From Alphaproteobacteria bacterium (GTDB lineage: Bacteria > Pseudomonadota > Alphaproteobacteria > M2410): DNA of 64,000 bases. The stretch lies in contig JAUWTJ010000001.1 in assembly GCA_030614785.1 (NCBI GenBank), positions 65,180 through 129,179 on the forward strand, given 5' to 3'. This document shows, piece by piece, positions 39,357 to 49,800 of this stretch. Under the pieces are notes generated by a model. That model did no database searches. It had not been told where the DNA came from and worked only from the letters and a program-made list of their open reading frames with translations. Numbering within the stretch: the stretch's first letter is position 1; every line of letters starts with the position of its first letter. A program made the position numbers and the translations under genes.

Positions 39357-39371
39357 TTAAATACAAATTAA
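39357..39371. promoter_or_regulatory. Perfect CtrA box upstream of the globin gene
   Basis: TTAA-ATACAAA-TTAA. Confidence 0.7.
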
Positions 39372-39459
39372 GTGTCCAAACTTTTTCCCGCCCAATGCCC
39401 AAAGCAGGCAGCCCCGAGGCCGCCAATCTCGTTCTTCCTGGAAGTTAAATAAGTCTTTA

Positions 39460-39867
39460 CTATTGCTGCGGCATCGCAGGGATGCCTTCGGCGAGCTCGA
39501 CCCAGTTCTGTTTACTGTCACACCAGACATGAAACTGCGGTGCAAAGTCGCTCGTGTCGTCAAGAGTTCCCGTTTTTAGAAAGGCCATTCCAGGCTGGCC
39601 CGGTGTTTCCGAATAAAGCGGCGACCCGCAGGTCCCGCAGAAATAGCGTTTTACCGTTCCGCCGCTCGTCGTCGCGCTGTCCTCATAGAGCTTCGGTTCT
39701 CCACTGGTAAACTTGAGATCGGACCCTGGCACCGCTGACAGGGTCGAAAAGGCCGATCCGGCCTGTCTTTGACAATTCTTGCAATGGCAGATCCCCGACA
39801 TTACCGGGTCGCTTGCCAGTTCATATTTCACCGCACCGCAAAGGCATTGTCCTGTTTTCCCCGTCAT
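39460..39867 (-). CDS. GFA (Mss4-like) family protein
   Basis: GQCLCGAV, CHCKNCQR, FCGTCGS. Confidence 0.9.
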   Translation of the reverse strand: MTGKTGQCLCGAVKYELASDPVMSGICHCKNCQRQAGSAFSTLSAVPGSDLKFTSGEPKLYEDSATTSGGTVKRYFCGTCGSPLYSETPGQPGMAFLKTGTLDDTSDFAPQFHVWCDSKQNWVELAEGIPAMPQQ

Positions 39868-40077
39868 CGTCATCTCCCTGATCAAAATGTATGAAAGTTT
39901 CTGTGGTCGCTATCCCGAACGTCCTCGCGCGGCCTCAGCAATCATCAGCCAGAACCGGGACAGTGTAAAGCCGTCACATCGCGAGGGTTTCCAGCCCCTG
40001 GCGCCTTGTGAAGCCCCTCATATGGTTCTACACTCAAACGAAACGCATGAAATACAAAGACCACGGGAGACATTACC

Positions 40078-41343
40078 ATGAGTGACGTGACAACACGGGA
40101 CGAAGCCGCGCGGGAAAAAGCCTTTTCCATGCCGCTTGAAGAGATTGACGTCGCACAGCCACAATTGTTCAAGGACAATGTCATGTGGCCCTACTTTGAA
40201 CGCCTGCGCCGCGATGCCCCGGTCCACTACTGCAAGGATAGCCAGTTCGGTGCCTATTGGTCGGTGACCAAATACAAGGACATCATGGCGGTCGATACCA
40301 ATCACGCCGTCTTTTCGTCTGAATCCGGTCTCGGCGGGATCACCGTTATGAACGACCCGGACCCCGAAGATGATTTTAAACTGCCCATGTTCATTGCCAT
40401 GGACCCTCCCAAACACGACGCCCAGCGCAAGGTCGTCAGTCCGATTGTCTCGCCGGAAAATCTGGCCTCAATGGAAGACTTGATCCGTGGCCGCGTTGGA
40501 GAGATTTTCGACAATCTGCCGGAGAATGAACCCTTCGACTGGGTTGATCGGGTGTCGATTGAACTCACCACACAAATGCTTGCGACCCTTTTTGATTTTC
40601 CGTGGGAAGAGCGCCGCAAGCTGACCTACTGGTCCGACATTGCAACAGCGGACGAAAATTCCGGTCTTATCGACTCAGAAGATCACCGCCGTGAAATCCT
40701 TATCGAATGCCTCACCTATTTCACCGAATTGTGGAACCAGCGGATCAATGCCGAGCCGGCCGGTGACCTTATCTCCATGTTGTGTCACGGCGAGTCGACC
40801 AAAAACATGGAACCCTTTGAGTATCTCGGCAATGTCGTCCTGCTCATCGTTGGCGGTAATGACACGACCCGCAACTCGATTACCGGCGGCTTGCTGGCGC
40901 TCAACCAAAATCCGGACCAGTTTAAAAAGCTGCGCGAAAACCCTGATCTTGTGTCCAGTCTTGTGCCCGAAATCATTCGCTGGCAAACCCCTTTGGCGCA
41001 TATGCGCCGCACCGCCCTTGAGGACGTTGAACTGGGTGGCAAAACCATCAAAAAAGGTGACAAGGTAGTCATGTGGTATGTCTCGGGAAACCGCGATGAA
41101 GAAGCGATTGAAGATGCTGACAAGTTCATCATCGATCGCAAACGACCCAGACAGCACCTGTCATTTGGCTACGGCATCCATCGCTGCGTCGGCAATCGCC
41201 TGGCTGAAATGCAGCTGCGGATCGTCTGGGAAGAAATTCTCAAACGCTTCGAAACCGTCGAGGTTCTGGAAGAACCAACCCGTGTCCTGTCATCCTTCGT
41301 AAAAGGCTATGAGCGAATGATGGTGAAAGTGACGCGCAAATAG
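40078..41343 (+). CDS. Cytochrome P450, CYP153-like
   Basis: MFIAMDPPKH, LLIVGGNDTTRNS, HLSFGYGIHRCVGNRLAE. Confidence 0.92.
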   Translation: MSDVTTRDEAAREKAFSMPLEEIDVAQPQLFKDNVMWPYFERLRRDAPVHYCKDSQFGAYWSVTKYKDIMAVDTNHAVFSSESGLGGITVMNDPDPEDDFKLPMFIAMDPPKHDAQRKVVSPIVSPENLASMEDLIRGRVGEIFDNLPENEPFDWVDRVSIELTTQMLATLFDFPWEERRKLTYWSDIATADENSGLIDSEDHRREILIECLTYFTELWNQRINAEPAGDLISMLCHGESTKNMEPFEYLGNVVLLIVGGNDTTRNSITGGLLALNQNPDQFKKLRENPDLVSSLVPEIIRWQTPLAHMRRTALEDVELGGKTIKKGDKVVMWYVSGNRDEEAIEDADKFIIDRKRPRQHLSFGYGIHRCVGNRLAEMQLRIVWEEILKRFETVEVLEEPTRVLSSFVKGYERMMVKVTRK

Positions 41344-41367
41344 GTCGATCATCTGGAGCCGAACCTT

Positions 41368-43308
41368 ATGACAACACGGCAAATTGCACCCTTTGGCTCG
41401 TGGGCGTCGCCCATTGACGCCGAAAAGGTCTCCGCTGCGGGAACCAGCATCAGCACGTTAACCGCTGACGGCGAATGTCTCTACTGGCTCGAGGCGCGAC
41501 CTCTGGAAGGTGGCCGCAGTGTGATTGTCGAGCGCTCACCGGGCGGCGAGACCCGGGATGTCACTCCCGAAGGCTTCAATGCGCGAACCCGTGTTCATGA
41601 ATATGGCGGCGGGTCTTATCTGGTCAGCGGCGGAACTGCATATTTCTCCAACTTTTCGGACCAGTGCCTCTACGCCCACAAGATCGGCTCAGCACCCCGG
41701 CCCTTGACCCCGAACAACGTCGACTTGCGGTTCGCAGATCCGGTCATCGACAAAAGCAGAAACCGGATCATCTGTGTCCGCGAAGATCATCGCGGATCCG
41801 GCGAGCCGGTCAACACGCTGGTGGCGATTGATCTGGCGACAGGCGGCGAAGGCAGCATCCTCTTTGAGGGAACCGATTTTATTTCCTCGCCGCGCCTCAG
41901 CCCGGACGGCAACAGCCTCGCCTTTGTGACCTGGGATCACCCCAACATGCCCTGGGACGTAACCAGCCTTCACGTTGCGGCATTGACGCAGGTCGGCGGC
42001 ATTGCCGACATCACCGAGCTTTCCCAACCTGTCCCCGGCGCCGTCAGCCAGCCTAAATGGGCACCTGACGGAAAGCTTTATTTCGTTGCCGACTGGTCAA
42101 ACTGGTGGAACCTTTACCGGTATGAAGAAGGTCAAGGCATCCAGGTTCACACCCATGCAGCAGAGTTTGCCGCGCCAGCCTGGGTCTTTGGTCTTTCAAA
42201 CTACACCTTCAGATCGCCTGATGAAGCCATCGTAAGCTATGCAAAAAATGGCCTGTGGCACCTTGGGGCGCTTGTCCTGGCCTCCGGTGAACTGACTGAA
42301 ATCGGCGCACCCCACGCCACCCTTGGCAGCTTCGTGCACGCAAGCGACAGGGTCTGCTTTCTCGCCGACGAGGTCGACACCTCCACCCGCATCCTCGGCC
42401 TCCGCGAAGACAATTCCATCGACACAATCCGGGAGCCCGCATCCACCGGCCTGGTAACGGGGACAATTTCCCGCCCCGAACCGGTCTCCTTTCCCACCGC
42501 TGATGATGAAACCGCCTACGGCTTTTTCTACCCGCCTGCAAATGAAGCCTTTCAAGGGCCGGACGGTGCCCTGCCGCCGCTCCTCGTCAAGGTCCACGGT
42601 GGGCCAACATCGGCAACCTCATCGGCCTTTGGTTTCAAGACCCAGTACTGGACCTCGCGCGGCTTTGCCATTCTTGATCTCAATTACCGCGGCTCCACTG
42701 GTTTCGGTCGCGCCTTCCGGCAAAAGCTTTACAGATCCTGGGGCATAGTCGATGTCGAAGACGCCAATGCAGGCGCGGCATATCTTGCAAGCAGGGCCCG
42801 TGTCGACGGATCCAAACTGGCAATCAGCGGCGGCAGCGCCGGCGGGCTGACAGTGCTTAACAGCCTCGCCCATCACGACACGTTTTCTGCCGCTGGCAGC
42901 TTCTTTGGCGTCGCCGATCTGGCTGCCCTCGCGCAGGACACCCATAAATTCGAATCTCGCTATTGCGATCTTCTCATTGGTCGCTATCCCGAAGACATCG
43001 AAATCTACCGAGAGCGCTCTCCAATCAATTCCATCGACAAGATCAAGAAGCCGCTTCTCATCCTGCAAGGCCTTGAAGACCGGGTCGTTCCACCGAGCCA
43101 GTCAGAGGCCGTATTCGAAGCTCTCAAGAAAAACGGTATTCCCGTCACCTATATCCCCTTTGAAGGGGAGCAGCACGGGTTCAGGCGCGCCGACACAATT
43201 GAACGCGCTTTGTCCGCCGAGCTTGCCTTTTATGGCCGCGTCTTCGGTTATGAACCAGCCGACCGGATTGAAGCGATTGAGATCATCAATGCGGACCAGC
43301 TGGATTGA
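41368..43308 (+). CDS. S9 (prolyl oligopeptidase) family peptidase
   Basis: HGGPT, GGSAGG, ED.VVP, EQHGFR. Confidence 0.92.
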   Translation: MTTRQIAPFGSWASPIDAEKVSAAGTSISTLTADGECLYWLEARPLEGGRSVIVERSPGGETRDVTPEGFNARTRVHEYGGGSYLVSGGTAYFSNFSDQCLYAHKIGSAPRPLTPNNVDLRFADPVIDKSRNRIICVREDHRGSGEPVNTLVAIDLATGGEGSILFEGTDFISSPRLSPDGNSLAFVTWDHPNMPWDVTSLHVAALTQVGGIADITELSQPVPGAVSQPKWAPDGKLYFVADWSNWWNLYRYEEGQGIQVHTHAAEFAAPAWVFGLSNYTFRSPDEAIVSYAKNGLWHLGALVLASGELTEIGAPHATLGSFVHASDRVCFLADEVDTSTRILGLREDNSIDTIREPASTGLVTGTISRPEPVSFPTADDETAYGFFYPPANEAFQGPDGALPPLLVKVHGGPTSATSSAFGFKTQYWTSRGFAILDLNYRGSTGFGRAFRQKLYRSWGIVDVEDANAGAAYLASRARVDGSKLAISGGSAGGLTVLNSLAHHDTFSAAGSFFGVADLAALAQDTHKFESRYCDLLIGRYPEDIEIYRERSPINSIDKIKKPLLILQGLEDRVVPPSQSEAVFEALKKNGIPVTYIPFEGEQHGFRRADTIERALSAELAFYGRVFGYEPADRIEAIEIINADQLD

Positions 43309-43518
43309 ACGACCGGCATCCTCCTGACACCGCACAATCCCGCGGCCTGACAAGAGGCGCAATAGTTACCCTCCTGCACACGCAATCTAGAATTATTCTG
43401 GTCTGGATAGAGCGCGCTGACCCTTCATGCTGCGACGCTTGCAAATTCTCTGTGAGTCAGACTTAATTGACGATCACGTGAGCTTTGGTCAGAAGACGGA
43501 CAATGGGGAGAATATATC

Positions 43519-45024
43519 ATGGATCGCAGAGACTTTTTGATGGGCACCGCCGCAGTCGCCGCACTGAGCGGGTTGACCGCCTGCGGACCGGCGCCGCAGG
43601 GCACAGTCAAATCATCAAGCATCGCCGGACTGGACGGTCTGGGTGTTGCCGAGAAGATCAGGCTTGGTGACATCAGTGCGAGGGAGGCGGCCGAAGCCTC
43701 GATTGCAACCATTGAAAAACTGAACGGCAGCATCAATGCGGTTGTCACACCGATATTCGAGCAGGCCATTGCAAAGGCCGATGCCGGGCTTGGTGAGGGT
43801 CCTTTTGCCGGGGTTCCCATCCTCCTGAAAGACCTTCTCGACTACAAGGGCGTGCGCATGACGCAGGGCTCCAGGCTGATGATGCAGAACGTATCCGACT
43901 GGACACCGCCATTTGTCGAAGCGCTCGAGGCGGCCGGGGTCAATATTCTTGGCAAGGCCAACACACCGGAGTTCGGCCTGCTTGCAACAACAGAATCCCT
44001 CGCCCTGGGCGCCTGCCACAACCCCTGGAATCTTGAACACTCGACAGGCGGCTCGAGCGGCGGTTCCGCTGCAGCCGTTGCGTCAGGCATGGTTCCCTTT
44101 GCCCAGGCGAGCGATGGCGGCGGCTCGATCCGCATTCCCGCATCGTGTTGCGGCCTCTTCGGCTTAAAACCAAGCCGGGGAAAAATGAAACAAACCTCCC
44201 TGGAGCCGATGCCCGGCGATATCGGCGTGCGAAATGTCGTCAGCCGGTCCGTTCGCGACAGCGCCATGTCCCTTTCCATTACCGAGGAAAACGAACCGGG
44301 CGCCCTGCTCGCGCCAACCGGACTTGTTGCAGGACCGTCGTCGAAGCGCCTCAAGATCGCCTTCAACACAAAGAACTACTTCGGTGATGAGCCTGACGCA
44401 GACGTCAAGGCCGCAATCGAGGAAACAGCAATACTCTGTGCCCACATGGGCCATGAAATTATCGACGTAACAACGCCTGTCAGCGGAGAAGAGTTCATTG
44501 ATCGGTTTTTGACAATCTGGGCTTCAGGCCCGGCCCAGCTAAAGGCCATGGTCGAGCAGCAAACCGGAAAATCCGGGGAAGAAGCAGGACTTCTCGAACC
44601 GTGGACCCTGGGACTTGCTGATTTCTTTAACGCCAAACCAGCCGATGCCCTTGCCACAGCAGTCGCCTATTTCGGTGAAGTCACAAATCAAATGACAGCC
44701 TGGTTCGCAGATTACGACGTCTGGCTATCGCCTGTTCTGAACAGCGCACCGCCGAAACTGGGAGAACAGAGTCCCGAGGTCCCGTTTGAGACACTTTACG
44801 AGCGCACCATCCAGTATGTCTCCTACACGCCGCTTCACAACGTGACCGGAATGCCCGCGATGTCGGTGCCCTTGAACCGGAATGCCGCCGGTCTTCCCAT
44901 CGGCAGTCAATTCGCCGCGCCGCTCAATGGTGAAGGCACATTGCTCGCCCTGGCCTTTGAGCTGGAGGCAGCCAAACCATGGGCTGACAAATGGGCCCCT
45001 CATTCGATCATGGCCAGCGCGTAA
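43519..45024 (+). CDS. Amidase-signature enzyme with Tat/lipoprotein signal
   Basis: MDRRDFL..LTAC; KD, GGSSGGS, DGGGSIRIPAS. Confidence 0.92.
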   Translation: MDRRDFLMGTAAVAALSGLTACGPAPQGTVKSSSIAGLDGLGVAEKIRLGDISAREAAEASIATIEKLNGSINAVVTPIFEQAIAKADAGLGEGPFAGVPILLKDLLDYKGVRMTQGSRLMMQNVSDWTPPFVEALEAAGVNILGKANTPEFGLLATTESLALGACHNPWNLEHSTGGSSGGSAAAVASGMVPFAQASDGGGSIRIPASCCGLFGLKPSRGKMKQTSLEPMPGDIGVRNVVSRSVRDSAMSLSITEENEPGALLAPTGLVAGPSSKRLKIAFNTKNYFGDEPDADVKAAIEETAILCAHMGHEIIDVTTPVSGEEFIDRFLTIWASGPAQLKAMVEQQTGKSGEEAGLLEPWTLGLADFFNAKPADALATAVAYFGEVTNQMTAWFADYDVWLSPVLNSAPPKLGEQSPEVPFETLYERTIQYVSYTPLHNVTGMPAMSVPLNRNAAGLPIGSQFAAPLNGEGTLLALAFELEAAKPWADKWAPHSIMASA

Positions 45025-45033
45025 AATACAAAG

Positions 45034-45084
45034 TAAGGAAACCGGGGCGGCAAAAGCCAAGCTTCGCCACCTCGGTTCCCTTAA
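45034..45084. terminator. Hairpin between convergent genes
   Basis: AAGGAAACCGGGG...CCTCGGTTCCCTT imperfect inverted repeat. Confidence 0.5.
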
Positions 45085-45120
45085 GTTACTTATACTCTCA
45101 ACGAACGGCTATTCTTTGCC

Positions 45121-45756
45121 CTAGACAATAGACTTGTAGGCCGCAGAACGCAGCACGGTACAAGCCTGATCGGCAGAAATCTTCGCCATCAGATCCTGAT
45201 AAGGCATATTGCGTTCCAGCTTGTCGGCAAACTTGCCAAGTTCAATCACATTGTCAAATTCGCAGGCATAACTGATCTTGCCATTCAGCTCACCAGTCGT
45301 CTGACGCCTGACATGAATCCGTGCACCTTCCTTTTCCTGTAGCTCCCTGATGTCATGAAGCTGAGAAATCAAGGTTGGTAGTTTCACCGGAATTGGGTCC
45401 AGTGTTGTCACGTGGATGGCCCCGGATTTCAACGTCTCGGAATTTTCAAGTCCGGCAACCTCCACAGCATCAAAGGATGCCACTTGCCGAGCGGCGGCAG
45501 TTGCCGTCGCCAGACGTGTAAATTCCTGCCATTCGCGGTCTTCCTCTCGCGTTGTGGTATATTCAGCAAGGGCTGTATAGTTATCAAATTCAAGCACAGC
45601 AGAAAGAAGCGTTGGCGGCGCACCAATATACCCCTGCAAGCGATGAACCTTGGTGCCGAGGCGCTCGGCAATGCCCGTCCCCTTGATAAACAATTCAGTA
45701 AAGGCGGCGGCATGGCCGGGAAGTGCTTCAAATGCGGTACCAAGAATAACTGTCAT
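45121..45756 (-). CDS. Hypothetical protein, tandem NIPSNAP-like repeats
   Basis: Two ~100 aa halves each containing EFDN; GGAGG RBS. Confidence 0.6.
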   Translation of the reverse strand: MTVILGTAFEALPGHAAAFTELFIKGTGIAERLGTKVHRLQGYIGAPPTLLSAVLEFDNYTALAEYTTTREEDREWQEFTRLATATAAARQVASFDAVEVAGLENSETLKSGAIHVTTLDPIPVKLPTLISQLHDIRELQEKEGARIHVRRQTTGELNGKISYACEFDNVIELGKFADKLERNMPYQDLMAKISADQACTVLRSAAYKSIV

Positions 45757-46112
45757 GATAGTGACCTCCGATTATGTTCGGATGATCCAATCGATCCGAA
45801 CGATTGAAAACACAGGGTGACCCGGGCTCAAAAAGACCGGTTCTCCTCAATATACTGATGCATCAGAAGGTCGGGACTGTATCAGCCCCTCTGGAATGAG
45901 TCTCGAAAATTCAAACTCTTTTCCGACCAAATTCACATTTTACACATTGTACGGACAATATATTCCACCGCAATGAAGCAGCGTGTTGACCAAGCGCTCG
46001 GGATGATTGAGAATCAAATACGAGGCATCTCTATGACGATGGAAAAAATCAACCGGACGACCACAGTCACTCGGCTCTAATCCACTGCGTTATCAAATTC
46101 TGACAGTTTCGG

Positions 46113-46919
46113 CTATTTGTGCCCAGTCACAAAAAACGCACTGAGCGGCATTTCTGCCGGGTCTTTGCCGAACTCCGCTTCCATGGCATCCCTGACTTTT
46201 TCAACCATTGCATCCGGATCTCCCCCGCGCATCCTGATTTCCTCGCCGATCGGATTGCCGTATATAAACCCCTTTGCAAAGGACTCTTGCGAGGGAATTT
46301 TCTTTTTGATCTGCTTGCGCTCGACCTCCACGGAGGAAAATCCGGCATCGTTCATATCCCGCTTCATCTCTTCGGCGTCGTGATAGTGAAACGGCACCTT
46401 GTAGAACCCGGGCGAATCATCCGGAAATGCCTCCTCCACCACCCTCTGCCCCACTGCAGCAAAGGGATTGAAGGCATGCGAGTCCCAGGCATTGAAGAAA
46501 TAATGCCCGCCCGGCCTCAATATCCGCAGTACCTCGCGGTAGGACTTTACCTTGTCCGGGAAGAACATCACCCCGAACTGACACACCATCACATCCACCG
46601 AATGATCTTCAAACGGGATCTCCATGGCATCAATCGTCTGAAAGGAAACCGCTTCATCTGCTTTGAACTTCTGCCGTGCAACTTCGAGCATTGGCTCGTT
46701 CAGGTCACTGGCGAAAATTTCGCATTCTTGCGACACGCCGTCCCTGAGAAGGCGTGTCACCACTCCGGTGCCAGTCGCAAGCTCAAGCACACTCTTTGGC
46801 TCTCGCTCAATGACCAGCTTCGCCAGATCCTGTGCATAATCGATGAATATCACCGGGACGAGGGCGCTGTCATAGTATTTCGGTACAGAACCTACAAAAT
46901 TGGAATTCACATCACTCAT
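46113..46919 (-). CDS. Class I SAM-dependent methyltransferase
   Basis: VLELATGTG, DLN..ML, CQFGVMFFPD. Confidence 0.9.
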   Translation of the reverse strand: MSDVNSNFVGSVPKYYDSALVPVIFIDYAQDLAKLVIEREPKSVLELATGTGVVTRLLRDGVSQECEIFASDLNEPMLEVARQKFKADEAVSFQTIDAMEIPFEDHSVDVMVCQFGVMFFPDKVKSYREVLRILRPGGHYFFNAWDSHAFNPFAAVGQRVVEEAFPDDSPGFYKVPFHYHDAEEMKRDMNDAGFSSVEVERKQIKKKIPSQESFAKGFIYGNPIGEEIRMRGGDPDAMVEKVRDAMEAEFGKDPAEMPLSAFFVTGHK

Positions 46920-46933
46920 CGCAAAGACCTCCC

Positions 46934-47668
46934 CTACCATTTCTCTTTGAACGGACGCACATCAACCTCAAATGTCCAGACACTTCTGGGCTGTACGTGC
47001 ATGTTCCAGTAAACTTCGGAAATAGCATCAGGGTCAAGCGACCCATCCTCACCCAGATGATCAAGATAGGAAGCAAAGCGTTCGCGAATGCGCGCGCCGT
47101 CGATTGCGCCGTCAACTACAACATGGCCGACATGAACCCCTTTGGGTCCATAGTCCTTGGCCAGAGCCTGCGCCATGTTGCGCAGCGCCGCCTTGGCAGA
47201 GCCGAAATGAGCAAAATTGGGCCGCCTGCGCATCGACGCCGAGGCGCCGGTGAAGAACAGCGATCCACCGTTCTTCTCAAGCTGAGGCAAGGCCGCTTTG
47301 GCCGTCAGAAACCCGGCCAGAACACAGACCCGCCAGAAGTCCTCAAACGTCGCCGCATCGAGTTCCTCAAAGGGGATCGGCATGTTGTTGCCGACATTAA
47401 AGATGGTCGCCTTCAACGTGCCTTCGGACGACGCATGGGAAAAAAGGCTCTGAACGTCAGCCTCCACTGTCGCATCGCACACATAAGAGGATGCCGAACC
47501 ACCCACAGCTTCAATTTCACTGACAATGGTCTGCAGTCGCTCTTCAGTGCGCCCTGAAACAAGGACATGAAGCCCGCCCCCGGATCCTCCTTTGGCGAAC
47601 CGGCGAGCGATAGCTGCACCGAGCCCATTCGATGCGCTCACTCCCACAACAACGGCAATTTCTTTCAC
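46934..47668 (-). CDS. Short-chain dehydrogenase/reductase
   Basis: VGV...GLG, TGASASMR, F...K, VVDG. Confidence 0.88.
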   Translation of the reverse strand: MKEIAVVVGVSASNGLGAAIARRFAKGGSGGGLHVLVSGRTEERLQTIVSEIEAVGGSASSYVCDATVEADVQSLFSHASSEGTLKATIFNVGNNMPIPFEELDAATFEDFWRVCVLAGFLTAKAALPQLEKNGGSLFFTGASASMRRRPNFAHFGSAKAALRNMAQALAKDYGPKGVHVGHVVVDGAIDGARIRERFASYLDHLGEDGSLDPDAISEVYWNMHVQPRSVWTFEVDVRPFKEKW

Positions 47669-47766
47669 AATCAGCCTCCCTCTCCATGAGTTCACTCCAG
47701 TATTGAGGACAGGCCCCCTGAAAACAAGGGCAAGCAAGAAGACTTGCGGGCGCGGTCCAAAACTGA

Positions 47767-48435
47767 TTGTGTCCAGCAAGGATAAACGCCGCAGAGACCA
47801 CCAGGAAACTCTACACATTCCCGATCGCGCCCAACCCGACCAAAGTCCGGCTTTACCTTGCCGAAAAGCAGGCCGCAGGCTGTGCCATCCCGGTGGAGAT
47901 GATCGAAGTGCACCTGGGCAAGGGCGCGCATAAGTCCGAGGCGCATCTTGCCCGCAACCCGTTCGGAACTCTGCCGGTCCTTGAACTGGACGATGGCCGC
48001 TTTATCACTGAGTCGCTGGCGATCATCGAATATCTCGAAGAGCTCAACCCGGAGCCATCCATGATCGGCGGAACGCCGGATGACAAGGCCCTCGTCCGCA
48101 GCCTTGAGCGCACCCTTGATCTGGGGGTCCTCATCTCCCTTGGCCGCGCTGTCCACGCAACAAAGTCCCCCATCGGCCATCCCCCTAATCCGCCTGTTGC
48201 CGAGGCCGAACTGGGCAGAGCCAGAGAGGTACTCACCTGGATCGATGGTCTGCTGGCAGATGGCCGGCCCTTTGTAGCCGGGGACCACCCGACCATCGCC
48301 GACTTTACCCTTGCCGCAGGTTTGCAGTTTGCCCGTTTTGGCGGGCTGGCTCTGCCTGGCACCTTTCCCAATGTTGAACGATGGGACACGGCATACCGCG
48401 CCCGTGACGTCGTTCAAACAATTTTGATCGGTTAA
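47767..48435 (+). CDS. Glutathione S-transferase family protein (start codon doubtful)
   Basis: KLY..P.APNP.KVR, NPFGTLPVL, TESLAI, TIAD. Confidence 0.85.
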   Translation: MCPARINAAETTRKLYTFPIAPNPTKVRLYLAEKQAAGCAIPVEMIEVHLGKGAHKSEAHLARNPFGTLPVLELDDGRFITESLAIIEYLEELNPEPSMIGGTPDDKALVRSLERTLDLGVLISLGRAVHATKSPIGHPPNPPVAEAELGRAREVLTWIDGLLADGRPFVAGDHPTIADFTLAAGLQFARFGGLALPGTFPNVERWDTAYRARDVVQTILIG

Positions 48436-48447
48436 TCAGGAAACACC

Positions 48448-48666
48448 ATGTCAGACACATCCGCACTTCAGGCCCGCATCGCCGAACTTGAAATAGAGCT
48501 CGCCCATCAGCACGAAACCATTGAGAGTTTGAACCAGACGGTGACAGAACACTGGACCAAAATCGATCATCTGTCGAAAATGCTGGATCAAATCGTCAGT
48601 CACTTGCGCATCCAAAAACCGGGCGCCGACACCGAAGGCGGCGAACCACCGCCGCCGCACTATTGA
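48448..48666 (+). CDS. slyX: SlyX family protein
   Basis: RIAELEIELAHQ..TIESLN; C-terminal PPPHY. Confidence 0.88.
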   Translation: MSDTSALQARIAELEIELAHQHETIESLNQTVTEHWTKIDHLSKMLDQIVSHLRIQKPGADTEGGEPPPPHY

Positions 48667-48675
48667 TCCACAATT

Positions 48676-49702
48676 TTATGTGAATTCTTCCAGCGGCTCG
48701 AGCCCGAGCGCCTCGCGGTACGTATTGTGATAGTGATGCAGCGCCGGCTCGTTACGCCCGAAGATCACATAGTCCTGCAGGCCTGCCTGAAGCGCGCGCT
48801 GGGTGGTTTCGCACACTGCATAGTCTTCCGCTTCGATAATGTCGCCAAATCCCTGAGCGCGACCTTCCAGCGTGACATCACCGGATGCCATGGCTTCTGG
48901 CGTAAAATAGAAAGTGACGCGCGATATGGATCGATTGGGGTTTTCCGGATCGGGGTAAACCCGCACCAGGGTGACGCCTTCTTTTCCGACGTTCACCTGA
49001 ATATTCGGAAACAGATAGTAAACCGGAAAAGCTCCATCAGAAATGTGCCAGTCTTCCTCCGGTCTGTCCCGCAATTCATCGATAGTCTTGACGCAAAGGA
49101 TCATCCGATGATTGCGATCAAACCGGTCATAACATTGAACATCGCCATGATGCAAACTCCGGCGCAAGACCACCGAGCAGGGCATCTGCATCAATAACGC
49201 CGCCCGGCTTTGGATGAACAAAGAGGAAACCGTATTTCTCGACCGCTGGCAGTTCGATAAGACCGTGACAGCTTTTGTCGATCTCACCGAAGTGCTCCGG
49301 TTCAGGGATCGCAACAAGATCGCCGGACGTCGAATAGGTCCAGGCATGAAACGGACATGAAAATATCTTCTTCCTGCCCTTGCGCGCAGGTTCCACCATA
49401 GCACCGCGATGGCGGCAGGAATTGAGAAAGGCTTTGAAATTACCCTCCTCATCACGCGTCGCCACAACGGAAACGCCAAAGTCATCGACGGTAACGAAAC
49501 TGTTGGGCTCCGGCAGATCACCGGACAGGCCAATCACTTGCGGATAATCGCGGAAGAAGGTTTCCCACTCCTTCGACGCCATATCAGGGCAGGTGTAGGT
49601 GCTCGCCGGGTTCTTCAGCATGATCCCGGCATCTACATTGACACCGTCATCGAGCTTCTGCCTCAACTCCTTGAGCAACCTGACCTGTTCGCCATGTTCC
49701 AT
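48676..49702 (-). pseudogene. Rieske non-heme iron oxygenase alpha subunit with internal deletion and frameshift
   Basis: CRH/CPFH Rieske ligands in 49127-49702; C-terminal half (YLFPN, EDY..CE..Q) in another frame; NWK/HxxxxH segment absent. Confidence 0.85.
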
Positions 49703-49800
49703 GCAGAGCCTCCCTGATTTTCCTTGTTTCGAAGCATTCTAGCCATCATCATCCTCAAAGAACAAGGCCGCCGCGAAGCAAAAAGAGGAAAGAACAGCCC

